Made by a program: the position numbers and the translations under genes
Shown here: positions 41,435 through 51,408 of the stretch, in pieces
How positions within the stretch are numbered: the stretch's first letter is position 1
How the letters are laid out: each line of letters starts with the position of its first letter
Notes under the pieces: generated by a model
The model's input: the letters and a program-made list of their open reading frames with translations, nothing else
Databases searched by the model: none
Told to the model about the DNA's origin: nothing
Assembly: GCA_963666055.2 (NCBI GenBank)
Contig: CAXWPH010000002.1
Location: 344,266 to 408,265, forward strand
Direction of reading: 5' to 3'
Length of the DNA: 64,000 nt
From: Acidobacteriota bacterium
GTDB lineage: Bacteria > Acidobacteriota > UBA890 > WLXD01

Positions 41435-41622
41435 ATGGACCCCGGCACCAAACTAGGCCCTACGAAATCTCCGAGCAGCTCGGTGCTGGCGGCATGGGAG
41501 AGGTGTACCTGGCGCAGGACACGCGCCTGGGCCGCAAGGTGGCGATCAAGGTGCTGCCCGCCGAGTTCGCCTCTGACCCCGAGCGCCTCGCCCGGTTCGA
41601 GCAGGAAGCCCGCGCTGCCGCC
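41435..41622 (+). pseudogene. Kinase N-terminal fragment
   Basis: [39 protein letters not shown], cut off at the inverted repeat. Confidence 0.85.
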
Positions 41623-41630
41623 ATGACAAC

Positions 41631-42099
41631 CAAAAGAAGGGGCCGGGCGGCTACATCCATCGAGGAAAAGGAACCGTCGGCCCCAACAGCCCCCAGTCTG
41701 GAGAGAAAGAGAGTCGCAACGATGATAGCAAAGAAGACGGCTAGCAAGAACGGCCGCCGACGGGCGAAGAGAAAAGGAGATCAGCCAAGCGACTGAGATG
41801 TCCCCATAAACAGACGAGCCCGCCGCGATACCACTTGGCAGGAACCCGAGGCGGGCTCTAACCCCTACGAGGGCTGGAACGATGGTAAATGAAACCCTGG
41901 AACTGCGCGACAAGCGCGGCCGAGTGCGTATCCGGCTGGAGGCGACAGAGGACGGGGAGAGTACTTCACGCCGGGCGAGGATTCGCCACTGACCCCTGAG
42001 CAGCTACGGTCTCTTCGGGCACTTGGCTACATCCAGTGAGTTGAAGAGGATGATCGGCACCAAACTAGGCCCCTACGAGATCACCGAGCAGCTCGGCGC
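41631..42099 (+). repeat. 469 bp inverted repeat, copy 2
   Basis: Reverse complement of 17704-18172; ends in a kinase start ([17 protein letters not shown]). Confidence 0.92.
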
Positions 42100-42173
42100 T
42101 GGCGGCATGGGCCAGGTGTATCGAGCACGCCGCCATAGTTTTCAGGAATCTGGCGCGGCAAACGGGTACGGGC

Positions 42174-43526
42174 TCAGCGTTCCCCGATATCCAGCGCCTT
42201 GATCGTTTGCCGGTCTCGCAGGTAGAGGATCGTGCCGACAAGGGTCGGCGCCGTCCATGATGTACCGGTCAGCACTTCAGCCGTGGAGATGACCGTCAGG
42301 CCCTCCGGTGAAACCTCCGTCAGCGCCAGGTTGCCGTCCTCGTCGAGGATGATCGCCTTGCCATCGGCGTAGAGAAAGTGCGACCGGGAGAAGCCTCGCT
42401 CCCGCCACGCCGCGGTGCCCGTTCGCAGGTCGAGCGCCGTGATGAACGCCGGGCCGAAGCCGCCGCTGCTTCCGTAGATGAAGTCGCCTACCCGAATCGT
42501 GCTACCGAACATGATCTGCATGTCGCGAGTAAACCAGAGCTCGTCGACCTCGGTGCCGTCGCCCGCCTTGGACAAACGCATGCCGCGGCTGCCCCCGTTG
42601 TAGGCCGATGAGACGAACAACACGTTGTCCTGTCCCCACACTGCCGTCGTGTTGTTCATGTCGCCATTGGTGTCGTGCGGATAGCTCCAGAGGATCTCAC
42701 CGGTGTGCGGGTTCAGCCCGTTGACTGTCTGGCCTCCCACGACGACGAGCTGGGTCTCGCCTTCGAGCTCGATCAGGATCGGCGAAGACGGCGCCACCAG
42801 GAAATCACCGCTCTTCCAGACCAGCGAACCGTCGCTCTGGTTGAAGGCCATTACCGATTGGCCGTCGCCACCGGCGGTCACGATCACCGTGTTGTTGTAC
42901 GCCAGGGGGCTGCAGGCGTAGCCAGCTGTTACGGCCGGCCGGATCAACGTCGGCGGCGCACCGTATTCGGCGACGAGATCGTGCGACCAAAGAACTTCGC
43001 CGGTGCGCTTGTCGAAGGCGTGGATCTGCTTGTTCGTGCCGGAGGTAAACAGCCGATCACCGACGATGAGCGGCGTCGCGTGCGGCCCCGCCCCAAAGTT
43101 GAAGTTCAAGGGCTGAGCGCCGTAGGCGTACTCCCAGATCGTCTCTCCGGTGGCGGCGTCTAGCGCGATGACGCGCTCCTCGCCCGCCCATTGGTTGCGC
43201 CGTGCCCCCTGCAGGTGCGGCCGGTACATCGTGTAGAGGTGGGCGTCGTCGACGACGATCGTCGAGTGGCCCAGACCGAGCGGTCGGCTCCAGATTTCCC
43301 TGGGACCCCCTTCCGGCCAGGAGTCGGCAAGGCCTGTCGCGTCGGAGATGAAGTTCCGGTGCGGCCCGCCCCACTGCCGCCAGGTGGCTTCCTCGGTCGG
43401 TGATTGGGCTGCTAGCCCGGCGACTGCCGCGAGAGCGAGAGAAGCCGCCGGCAGCAGCAAGAATGCGATGCGCGTTGCTTGCGAACGCGCCCGATATCGG
43501 GGTGCTGGCAGCGTTGGCCGGCTCAT
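42174..43526 (-). CDS. PQQ-like/BamB-like beta-propeller protein
   Basis: WRQWGGPHRN, ALDAATGETIW, GPHATP, WTAPTL..LYLRD; signal peptide. Confidence 0.88.
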   Translation of the reverse strand: MSRPTLPAPRYRARSQATRIAFLLLPAASLALAAVAGLAAQSPTEEATWRQWGGPHRNFISDATGLADSWPEGGPREIWSRPLGLGHSTIVVDDAHLYTMYRPHLQGARRNQWAGEERVIALDAATGETIWEYAYGAQPLNFNFGAGPHATPLIVGDRLFTSGTNKQIHAFDKRTGEVLWSHDLVAEYGAPPTLIRPAVTAGYACSPLAYNNTVIVTAGGDGQSVMAFNQSDGSLVWKSGDFLVAPSSPILIELEGETQLVVVGGQTVNGLNPHTGEILWSYPHDTNGDMNNTTAVWGQDNVLFVSSAYNGGSRGMRLSKAGDGTEVDELWFTRDMQIMFGSTIRVGDFIYGSSGGFGPAFITALDLRTGTAAWRERGFSRSHFLYADGKAIILDEDGNLALTEVSPEGLTVISTAEVLTGTSWTAPTLVGTILYLRDRQTIKALDIGER

Positions 43527-43870
43527 TAAGATCCGTCGTCGCCCAAGGCGACGTAGCCCAGCTTGTGAAGGAGCGTCAAGCGACGACACTCCGGCACCTG
43601 CACCGTCAATTCGTGCCACCCGGTCCCGCCCCTGGAGTGATTAGCTTCTCTCGACAAGTTTCGTCGTGACCGTCCCGTTTACGCTGGCCTTGCGGAAATA
43701 GGGTCCCCAGCGCTCGCGAATAGTGTTGACCTTGTCGATCGCCTCCTGCGAGGGTGCCTTTCCCTCACGGCCCACGATGATGAAGGCTATCTTGAAACGC
43801 TTTGGGGCGTCCGTGCTGCTCGGCACCCGCTCACCCTCGATCGCGATGATGTTGTCGACGCTGAGGTCCA

Positions 43871-44022
43871 GCCGAAGCGACGATACAGCCACACGCCGAA
43901 GCGACGATACAGCCACACGGCGTGGCTGATGATCTCTGGCGGGAAACGGGTGTCGAGGGTAGCGCTGCCGACCGTCACTCATCGCCGGGATCTGCCAGAC
44001 ACGTCGTCAACTTGCCGATGCC
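43871..44022 (-). pseudogene. IS6 left-end remnant with a 24 bp tandem duplication
   Basis: RFPPEIISHAVWLYRRF as in 63193-63945; GCCGAAGCGACGATACAGCCACAC twice; degenerate IR GTCAACTTGCCGATGCC. Confidence 0.8.
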
Positions 44023-44054
44023 CTCAAGGGCGTGACCCAGTACCCGACGCCGCG

Positions 44055-47000
44055 CTAGGCGACGGAAGCCTCGGATTGCACAGGTTCCCGCTCTTGAGCT
44101 CCGGTATCGCCGCTGGCCGGCGCGACCTGCCAGAACTGGCAGCTCGAGACCTCCCAAGAACCGAGTATGCGCTCACCGATCGAGCTGGCTGTCAACTCGG
44201 TGTGGCGTTCGATCAGCCCCCGCAAGAGCTCGAGATCTGTGGATTTGGCGAGGGGGCCGAGGATAACGGTGGAGGAGTTGCAACGAGCGACGAACTTCTC
44301 GTGCTCGTCGAGAACATAAGCCATCCCACCGGTCATCCCGGCAGCAAAATTGCGGCCTGTACGACCGAGGACCACGACGACACCGTTGGTCATGTACTCG
44401 CACCCGTGGTCGCCCACACCTTCGACAACCGCGTGCCCGCCGCTGTTGCGAACGGCAAAGCGTTCGCCGGCTGTTCCGCGGGCGAACAGATACCCGCCGG
44501 TGGCGCCGTACATGACGCTGTTTCCCATGATTACGTCCTCCTCGGACCGCCGCTCGACCCCCGGAGACGGTCTGAGTACGACCTCTCCACCGCTCATGCC
44601 CTTGCAGACATAGTCGTTGGCTTCGCCGCGGAGAATCAGACGCATGCCATTGACACACCAAGCCGCGAAGCTCTGGCCAGCGCTGCCATCGCACAAGATC
44701 TCGATGGTCCCCGGAGGCAGCCCTTGCTCACCGTATCGGTGGGCAATCTCTCCTGCCAACGTCGCCCCTACCGTACGGTCGGCATTGTCGATCTTGTAAC
44801 GCAGCTTCACCGGTGTGCCGCCCTCGATGGCGCCGCGAGCGTGACGCACCAGGCGTTCGTTTAGCGGTGCCTCCAGCCGGTGGTTGCGTTTCCACAGCCG
44901 TCGCCGAGCCACGCCGTCTGGCGGCGGCGGCGTCAACCGCCATAGATCCACCAGAGCAGTTGCCGGGTATCCGTCGACGCCTATCTGCTCGAGAAGGTCA
45001 GCGCGACCCACGATCTCGTCGAGGGAGCGAACGCCGATCTGCGCCAGGATCTCGCGGACGTCCTGGGCGATCTGCGTCAGATAACCGACGAGCGCCTCCG
45101 GCCGGCCGTGGAATTTCTTGCGCAACGCCGGATCCTGGGTCGCGATGCCTACCGGGCAGGTGTTGAGATGGCACTGGCGGACGTAGACGCAACCGAGAGC
45201 AACAAGGGCTGCGGTTCCGAAATTGAATTCCTCGGCGCCGAGCATCGCCGCGACAACGATGTCGCGACCGGTCTTGAGGCCACCATCCGTTCGCAGCGTC
45301 ACTCGCTCGCGAAGGTTGTTGAGCATCAACACCTGCTGGGCCTCGGCCAAGCCGAGCTCCCAGGGCCCGCCAGCGTGCTTGATCGAGGCGAGCGGCGATG
45401 CTCCTGTGCCGCCATCGTGACCGCTGATGAGGATGACATCTGCCAACGCCTTGGCGACACCGGCGGCGACGGTTCCTACTCCCGTCTGGGCCACCAGCTT
45501 CACGCATATTTTCGCTTCGGGGTTGACCTGTTTGAGGTCGTGGATGAGCTGGGACAAATCCTCGATGCTGTAGATGTCGTGATGTGGGGGTGGTGAGATC
45601 AACGTCACCCCTGGTGCCGAATGGCGCAGCCGCGCGATTAGGCCATTGACCTTGTGGCCGGGGAGCTGACCACCCTCTCCTGGCTTGGATCCCTGTGCCA
45701 TCTTGATCTCGATCTCGGTGGCGTGCACCAGGTATTCGGCGGTAACACCGAAGCGCCCCGAAGCGATCTGTTTGATGGCGCTGTTCTTGCTATCGCCGTT
45801 GGGCAGCGGATGGAAGCGCTCCGAGTCTTCACCGCCCTCTCCAGTATTGCTTCTCCCGCCAATACGGTTCATGGCGACCGCCAGGGCCTCGTGGGCTTCG
45901 GGAGAAAGGGCGCCGAGCGACATGCCAGCAGTGGTAAAGCGCGTCCGGAGCGACTCGACGGGCTCGACCTCATCGATCGGCAGCGGCTCCTGAGTGCACC
46001 TGAAACGCAGCAGGTCTCGAATAGCGATCGGCGCATGGTTGTTGGCGGCCAGCGCAAACTTCCGATAGTGCGATGCCGAGTCGGGCTCCCGGCGAAGGCC
46101 GATCATCGCCCGGTGCATCGGGGGCATCCAGGCGTGCGCCTCACCCTTCCTCTTGAACCGGTAGAAGCCGGCGTCGGGCGGAGCGCTAAGCGCGCTGTCG
46201 CCAAAGGCATGCCGATGCCGAACAAAGGCGTCGGTGAGAATCTCTTTGAGGCCGACGCCGCTGATACGGGATGGTGTGCCGGAAAAACAACGGGCGATCA
46301 CACCGCGGTTAATACCCACGGCCTCGAAGATCTGGGCGCCACGGTAGCTCGAGAGGATCGAGATGCCCATCTTCGAGAGGATCTTGAGCAATCCGTTGTT
46401 GAGCGCTTCACGATACCGGGACAGCAACTCCGCCGGTCGGCGTCCAGGCGTCTCGTCGCTGGCAAAGTGCTCGAGGATCGAGCGGTAGGCAAGGTACGGA
46501 TGAATGGCTCCCGCCCCATACCCGATGAGGGTCGCGAACTGATGAACGTCTCGAGGCTCGCCCGATTCGGCGACGATGTCGCACTGGAGTCGCTCACCGA
46601 CTCGCAGAAGGTGGTTGTTGACGGCTCCAACGGCAAGCAGGATCGGCAGTGGAACGTTGTCGGAGTTGACGCCACGATCGCTCAAGATCAGCAACTCGCA
46701 ACCGTCTTTGGCGGCCTCCTGGGCGGCGAACGAGACCGTATCGAGGTGCTCGCGCATCGCTGACACACCTCCGGTCACGTCACAGAGCAGCGAGATCACC
46801 CTGACCTTCTCCGGTGTGAAGCGACTTCGCATGAGGTCGAGGTCGGCATCCGAGATGATCGGGCTAGGTAGCCGCACCTGGCGAGCGTGCTCGGGTGTCT
46901 CGGCGAGCCAGTTCCGCCGCCGTCCGAGGTTGCTCGAGAGCGTCATTACCGCCCGCTCGCGAATGGAGTCAATAGGCGGATTGGTTACTTGAGCGAATCG

Positions 47001-48557
47001 CTGCGCGAAGTAGGAGCTCAGCAACTTGGGCTTGCCTGACAGCACCGCCAACGGTGTGTCATCGCCCATCGAACCGACGGGCTCCTTACCCTCGAGCACC
47101 ATGGGTTCGAGAACCAGCCTGAATTCCTCGGCACTGTAGCCAAAGCAGATCTGCTGCTGGACGGTGTCGGCGGCCTCTCGATCCCGCCCCGTCGTGTGCA
47201 CCTCTACCGGCTGCTCCGGCAGTCGTGTCAAGTTCTCCGCCACCCAGCTCCGGTAAGGACGGCGGGCCGCCAGCTCGCGCTTGATCTGCTTGCCCTTGAT
47301 GAGCCGTCCGTTCAGCAGATCGACGGCGATCATGTTGCCCGATCCCAGTCGACCCTTTTCGACGACCTCGGAATCGTCCAGGTTCAACAGGCCCACCTCG
47401 GATCCCAAGACGATGAGGCCGTCGCGGGTGATCTTGTAACGTGCCGGACGCAGGCCGTTCCGGTCGAGAATAGCTCCCACAACATCGCCATCGCTGAAGA
47501 CCACAGCCGCTGGTCCGTCCCACGGCTCGTTGAGACAGGCGTGGTACTCGAAGAACGCACGCACGTCCTCGTTGAACACCGAATGAGCCTTCCACGCTTC
47601 CCGGATAAGCATCACCATTGCATGCGGCGCCGACCGCCCCGACAGCGTCAACAGCTCCAGAACATTGTCGAGGTTTGCCGAATCGCTCGCCCCATCCGGG
47701 ATCACCGGCCGGATGTAATCGATATCGTCACCCCATACGTCGGAGGCTATGCGCCCTTCACGGGCACGGGTCCAGTTCTTGTTGCCCTGGATGGTGTTGA
47801 GCTCGCCGTTGTGCGCCAACATTCGAAAGGGCTGCGCCAGATGCCAGTTCGGAAAGGTGTTGGTGCTATAGCGCTGGTGGAACATCCCGAAGGCTGACTT
47901 GAACTCCGGGTTGCGCAAATCTGGAAAGAAGTCGGCCAGCGACGTCCCCGTAAGGAGACCCTTGTAGACGATCGTCCGGCAGGAGAAGGAAACAACATAC
48001 AGCCCGATATCCACTGTTTGAGCGGCTCGAGCCTCGATCTCTTTACGCGCTGCGTAGAGCTTTCGATCGGCCTCGAGCGGCGGCGTTTCCTCCGGGAAAA
48101 CGACCAGAAGCTGTTGGATCGCTGGCTTGGTCGCGAGTCCCTTGTCACCCAGGACACTGTCGTCTGTCGGTACGTGGCGCCAGACGAAGCGGGTCATGCC
48201 GCGCTTCAAGAAGACTTCCTCCACCAGATTCTTGAAGACCGGGTGTGCCGCCTCGCTACGAGGCGGCAGGAACAGCATCCCGACACCGATGGGGCCGGTC
48301 GTAGGCCGCAAACGCGTTAGACGCTCGTACTCCTGGCGAAAGAGCGTGCTCGGAACCTGGAGCATCAGCCCGGAGCCGTCACCGGTCTTGGCGTCCGCGT
48401 CGAATGCACCACGGTGAGCAACGCGGCGGACAGCCTCGATCGAGTGTTCGACGATCTCGTGCGTCCTGTTGGCGGCGATGTTGGCTACAAAGCCGACACC
48501 ACACCCATCATGCTCGAATTGGGGGTCGTAGAGCGGTGCTGTGGCCCCAAGAGGCAT
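44055..48557 (-). CDS. gltB: Glutamate synthase large subunit
   Basis: EHDGCGVGF, HQRYSTNTFP, EPWDGPA, GMSLGALS, KMAQGSKPGEGGQLPG, CHLNTCPVGIATQ, GERFAVRNSG. Confidence 0.97.
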   Translation of the reverse strand: MPLGATAPLYDPQFEHDGCGVGFVANIAANRTHEIVEHSIEAVRRVAHRGAFDADAKTGDGSGLMLQVPSTLFRQEYERLTRLRPTTGPIGVGMLFLPPRSEAAHPVFKNLVEEVFLKRGMTRFVWRHVPTDDSVLGDKGLATKPAIQQLLVVFPEETPPLEADRKLYAARKEIEARAAQTVDIGLYVVSFSCRTIVYKGLLTGTSLADFFPDLRNPEFKSAFGMFHQRYSTNTFPNWHLAQPFRMLAHNGELNTIQGNKNWTRAREGRIASDVWGDDIDYIRPVIPDGASDSANLDNVLELLTLSGRSAPHAMVMLIREAWKAHSVFNEDVRAFFEYHACLNEPWDGPAAVVFSDGDVVGAILDRNGLRPARYKITRDGLIVLGSEVGLLNLDDSEVVEKGRLGSGNMIAVDLLNGRLIKGKQIKRELAARRPYRSWVAENLTRLPEQPVEVHTTGRDREAADTVQQQICFGYSAEEFRLVLEPMVLEGKEPVGSMGDDTPLAVLSGKPKLLSSYFAQRFAQVTNPPIDSIRERAVMTLSSNLGRRRNWLAETPEHARQVRLPSPIISDADLDLMRSRFTPEKVRVISLLCDVTGGVSAMREHLDTVSFAAQEAAKDGCELLILSDRGVNSDNVPLPILLAVGAVNNHLLRVGERLQCDIVAESGEPRDVHQFATLIGYGAGAIHPYLAYRSILEHFASDETPGRRPAELLSRYREALNNGLLKILSKMGISILSSYRGAQIFEAVGINRGVIARCFSGTPSRISGVGLKEILTDAFVRHRHAFGDSALSAPPDAGFYRFKRKGEAHAWMPPMHRAMIGLRREPDSASHYRKFALAANNHAPIAIRDLLRFRCTQEPLPIDEVEPVESLRTRFTTAGMSLGALSPEAHEALAVAMNRIGGRSNTGEGGEDSERFHPLPNGDSKNSAIKQIASGRFGVTAEYLVHATEIEIKMAQGSKPGEGGQLPGHKVNGLIARLRHSAPGVTLISPPPHHDIYSIEDLSQLIHDLKQVNPEAKICVKLVAQTGVGTVAAGVAKALADVILISGHDGGTGASPLASIKHAGGPWELGLAEAQQVLMLNNLRERVTLRTDGGLKTGRDIVVAAMLGAEEFNFGTAALVALGCVYVRQCHLNTCPVGIATQDPALRKKFHGRPEALVGYLTQIAQDVREILAQIGVRSLDEIVGRADLLEQIGVDGYPATALVDLWRLTPPPPDGVARRRLWKRNHRLEAPLNERLVRHARGAIEGGTPVKLRYKIDNADRTVGATLAGEIAHRYGEQGLPPGTIEILCDGSAGQSFAAWCVNGMRLILRGEANDYVCKGMSGGEVVLRPSPGVERRSEEDVIMGNSVMYGATGGYLFARGTAGERFAVRNSGGHAVVEGVGDHGCEYMTNGVVVVLGRTGRNFAAGMTGGMAYVLDEHEKFVARCNSSTVILGPLAKSTDLELLRGLIERHTELTASSIGERILGSWEVSSCQFWQVAPASGDTGAQEREPVQSEASVA

Positions 48558-48595
48558 GCCGCGTCGATCGTGAGGGCCCTCCCGGCTACAAGACA

Positions 48596-48870
48596 CTAGA
48601 GTTTCGGCCTCTCTTCGAGCTCGCGATTGGAGACATGGAGCCGGTAGCCATCGTACTCGTCGATCTTGGTTTCGACCAACTTGTCGATGACCTTCGTGCC
48701 CTGGGCCTCCCGCAGCAAATCAGATTCGCGCGCACATTTGACCGCGTCGAACAGATCGCGTGGCAGCGCTTCGATACCCTTTTCGACACGATCCACCGCC
48801 GACAGATGGTACAGATCCTCGGGGCTCGGATCGTGCAGCGGCAGCTCACGCTCCATGCCGTCGGGGCCCG
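48596..48870 (-). pseudogene. glnA: Glutamine synthetase (type I-like) C-terminal fragment
   Basis: DGMERELPL..EDLYHLS..GIEALPRDLFDAV..KIDEYDGYRLHVSNRELE. Confidence 0.7.
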
Positions 48871-49024
48871 CGTTGCTGAAGGGGCCATACATCAACCTGT
48901 GGGGTTACTCGTGGGAGCTCTCGAGCAACGGCGAGCCATCGTGCGCAATGCCACGGCGTTGCCGGAGTCCACTGCCCTCAGAAGGGACTCGACACTCGGC
49001 TCGCCTCAAGTTAAGCGGCACTCA

Positions 49025-49534
49025 CTAGAACACCTTGTCGTACACGACGACGTTGCCGGGCGTACCGTCCATGTCCTTGTACGTCATTGTCATGGTCTTG
49101 CCGTCTTTCGAGACGGCAAAGGTGATAATCAGGAATGGCTTGTCTTGGTCCGCAACGCGATCTATCACCTCTTTCGTGTAGGGATCGATCACTTTGGCCG
49201 AGAGCCAGTACGTCGGCTCCGCCCCGGATTCCCTTGAATATTCCGGGTGCTCCTTGCCGTCGAATCCCAAGTACCAGTGGAGAAATGAGCGGCCACGAGC
49301 GTCCACGGTCTCGAGCATCACGAGAATCAGCCCGTCTTTGGTGTAGTCGAACGTCCTCGTCAGACTGGTCGGCGGAGGCGAGTTCCCGCGAAAGACCGAC
49401 TTCTCGGCGTTGAGTGTCCAGGTGCCGATCAACGGATCCCGCGACTCAGTCTGGGCGTGAGCGCTCGCGGCCGAACCGATCAGGATCAGCGCTACCTGCA
49501 ACATGGTCAGGCGTTTTGGCATTGGGATCCCCAC
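49025..49534 (-). CDS. Secreted hypothetical protein
   Basis: Signal peptide (SAHA-Q); DPLIGTWTLNAEKS, VSKDGKTMT, VVYDK. Confidence 0.8.
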   Translation of the reverse strand: MGIPMPKRLTMLQVALILIGSAASAHAQTESRDPLIGTWTLNAEKSVFRGNSPPPTSLTRTFDYTKDGLILVMLETVDARGRSFLHWYLGFDGKEHPEYSRESGAEPTYWLSAKVIDPYTKEVIDRVADQDKPFLIITFAVSKDGKTMTMTYKDMDGTPGNVVVYDKVF

Positions 49535-49797
49535 AGTGTAGCCTCCCTCGAACTTGGCTGGACGGGCAAATGAGACGACAACATCGCAAGACTAAGTCAT
49601 CGGTGTTCCTAACACGAAAACGGTACAGGAACACCCCGCCTTCGACACCCTCAGCCACCAATCGCTGTCGAGTTCAAAACAGCGCTCATTGGGGCTACTA
49701 ATCACCTCAAACCCCCACATTTCAAACGCATGCGACTTGAAGTGCATATCAACAATCCTGGGTAAGTTGTAGTTTGCACAACTGGGAAGCGGCCCTC

Positions 49798-51048
49798 ATG
49801 ACGAAATACTCCTTCTTCAGCTTGGCGTGGAATGCCATTAGCCACCACGAGAATTGGCCACGCGTCTGGCGCAGCCCAGAGCCGAAGGCAGAATACGACG
49901 TCGTCATCGTGGGGGCGGGGGGCCACGGCCTGGCCACCGCCTACTATCTCGCCAAGGAACACCGGATCACCAACGTCGCCGTGCTCGAGAAGGGATGGCT
50001 GGGCGGCGGCAGCGTCGGTCGAAACACGACCATCGTCCGTTCGAACTACCTGTGGGACGAGACGGCCCAACTGTACGAGATGTCGTTGAAGCTATGGGAG
50101 GGCCTCAGCCAGGAGTTGAACTACAACGTGATGTTCAGTCAGAGGGGGGTGCTCAACCTGGCGCATAGCCTGGGGGATCTGCGCGAGCTCTCGCGTCGCG
50201 TGCATGCCAATCGGCTCCATGGCATCGACGCCGAGCTGCTCGATGTCGAGCAGATCAAGAAGATGGTGCCGTGCATCAACACCTCGTCCGAGGCTCGCTA
50301 TCCGATCCTCGGCGCTTCCCTGCAGCGGCGGGGGGGCACCGCCCGCCACGATGCGGTCGCCTGGGGCTTCGCGCGCGCCGCCGATCGCCGCGGCGTCGAC
50401 ATCATTCAGCGTTGTGCGGTAACCGGGATCCGGCGCGAGGGCGGCCGGGTGCTCGGCGTCGATACCGTCCGCGGTTTCATCAAGGCGCAGAAGGTGGGGA
50501 TGGTCGTGGCGGGTCACTCCAGCGTTCTCGCGGAGATGGCGGGGTTTCGCCTGCCCATCGAAAGTCACCCGCTGCAGGCGCTGGTCTCCGAGCCCGTCAA
50601 GCCGGTGCTTGATACGGTGGTGATGTCCAACGCTGTCCACGCCTACGTGTCGCAGACGGACAAGGGTGAGCTGGTGATCGGCGCAGGAATCGATCCTTAC
50701 ACGGGCTATGGCCTGCGCGGCAGCTTCTCCGTCATCGAGAGCACGATGTCGGCGATCGTCGAGCTGTTCCCCATCTTTGGCCGCATGCGAATGTTGCGCC
50801 ATTGGGGTGGCGTCGTCGACATCTGCCCGGACGCCAGCCCCATCATCGGCGCGACGCCCGTGCGGGGCCTGTACATCAACTGCGGCTGGGGCACCGGCGG
50901 CTTCAAGGCAACGCCGGGGTCCGGCTGGGTCTTCGCCCACACGATCGCCCACGACCGACCGCATCCCCTCAACGAGCCGTTCTCGCTGGAACGCTTCACG
51001 ACGGGCTACCTGATCGATGAGCATGGTGCCGCCGCGGTGGCCCACTAG
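49798..51048 (+). CDS. soxB: Sarcosine oxidase beta subunit
   Basis: [58 protein letters not shown]. Confidence 0.96.
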   Translation: MTKYSFFSLAWNAISHHENWPRVWRSPEPKAEYDVVIVGAGGHGLATAYYLAKEHRITNVAVLEKGWLGGGSVGRNTTIVRSNYLWDETAQLYEMSLKLWEGLSQELNYNVMFSQRGVLNLAHSLGDLRELSRRVHANRLHGIDAELLDVEQIKKMVPCINTSSEARYPILGASLQRRGGTARHDAVAWGFARAADRRGVDIIQRCAVTGIRREGGRVLGVDTVRGFIKAQKVGMVVAGHSSVLAEMAGFRLPIESHPLQALVSEPVKPVLDTVVMSNAVHAYVSQTDKGELVIGAGIDPYTGYGLRGSFSVIESTMSAIVELFPIFGRMRMLRHWGGVVDICPDASPIIGATPVRGLYINCGWGTGGFKATPGSGWVFAHTIAHDRPHPLNEPFSLERFTTGYLIDEHGAAAVAH

Positions 51049-51126
51049 AGCCTGTACGAGGAATAGGAGGGGTGGCGCGCATGGGTCTTGTGAGGCGACC
51101 TAGTAGCTACGAGCGGGAGCACTGAC

Positions 51127-51408
51127 GTGTTGCTCATCGATTGCCCATGGTGTGGGCCGCGGGAGGAGACGGAGTTCACCTATGGAGGTGAGGCGCACAT
51201 CGAGCGCCCCCAGGATCCGGACGCGCTTTCCGGCGAGGAGTGGGCGGACTACCTCTTCATGCGCACCAACTCACTGGGTCGACACCGGGAACAATGGCTG
51301 CATGCGGCGGGATGCAGGCGCTGGTTCAACGTCGAGCGTGACACGCTGACGTACGAGATCCTATCGGTGTACAGGATGGGTGAGAGCCCGCCTGGAGGCG
51401 ATCGGTGA
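51127..51408 (+). CDS. soxD: Sarcosine oxidase delta subunit
   Basis: CPWCGPREETEF..HAAGCRRWFNVERDT. Confidence 0.96.
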   Translation: MLLIDCPWCGPREETEFTYGGEAHIERPQDPDALSGEEWADYLFMRTNSLGRHREQWLHAAGCRRWFNVERDTLTYEILSVYRMGESPPGGDR

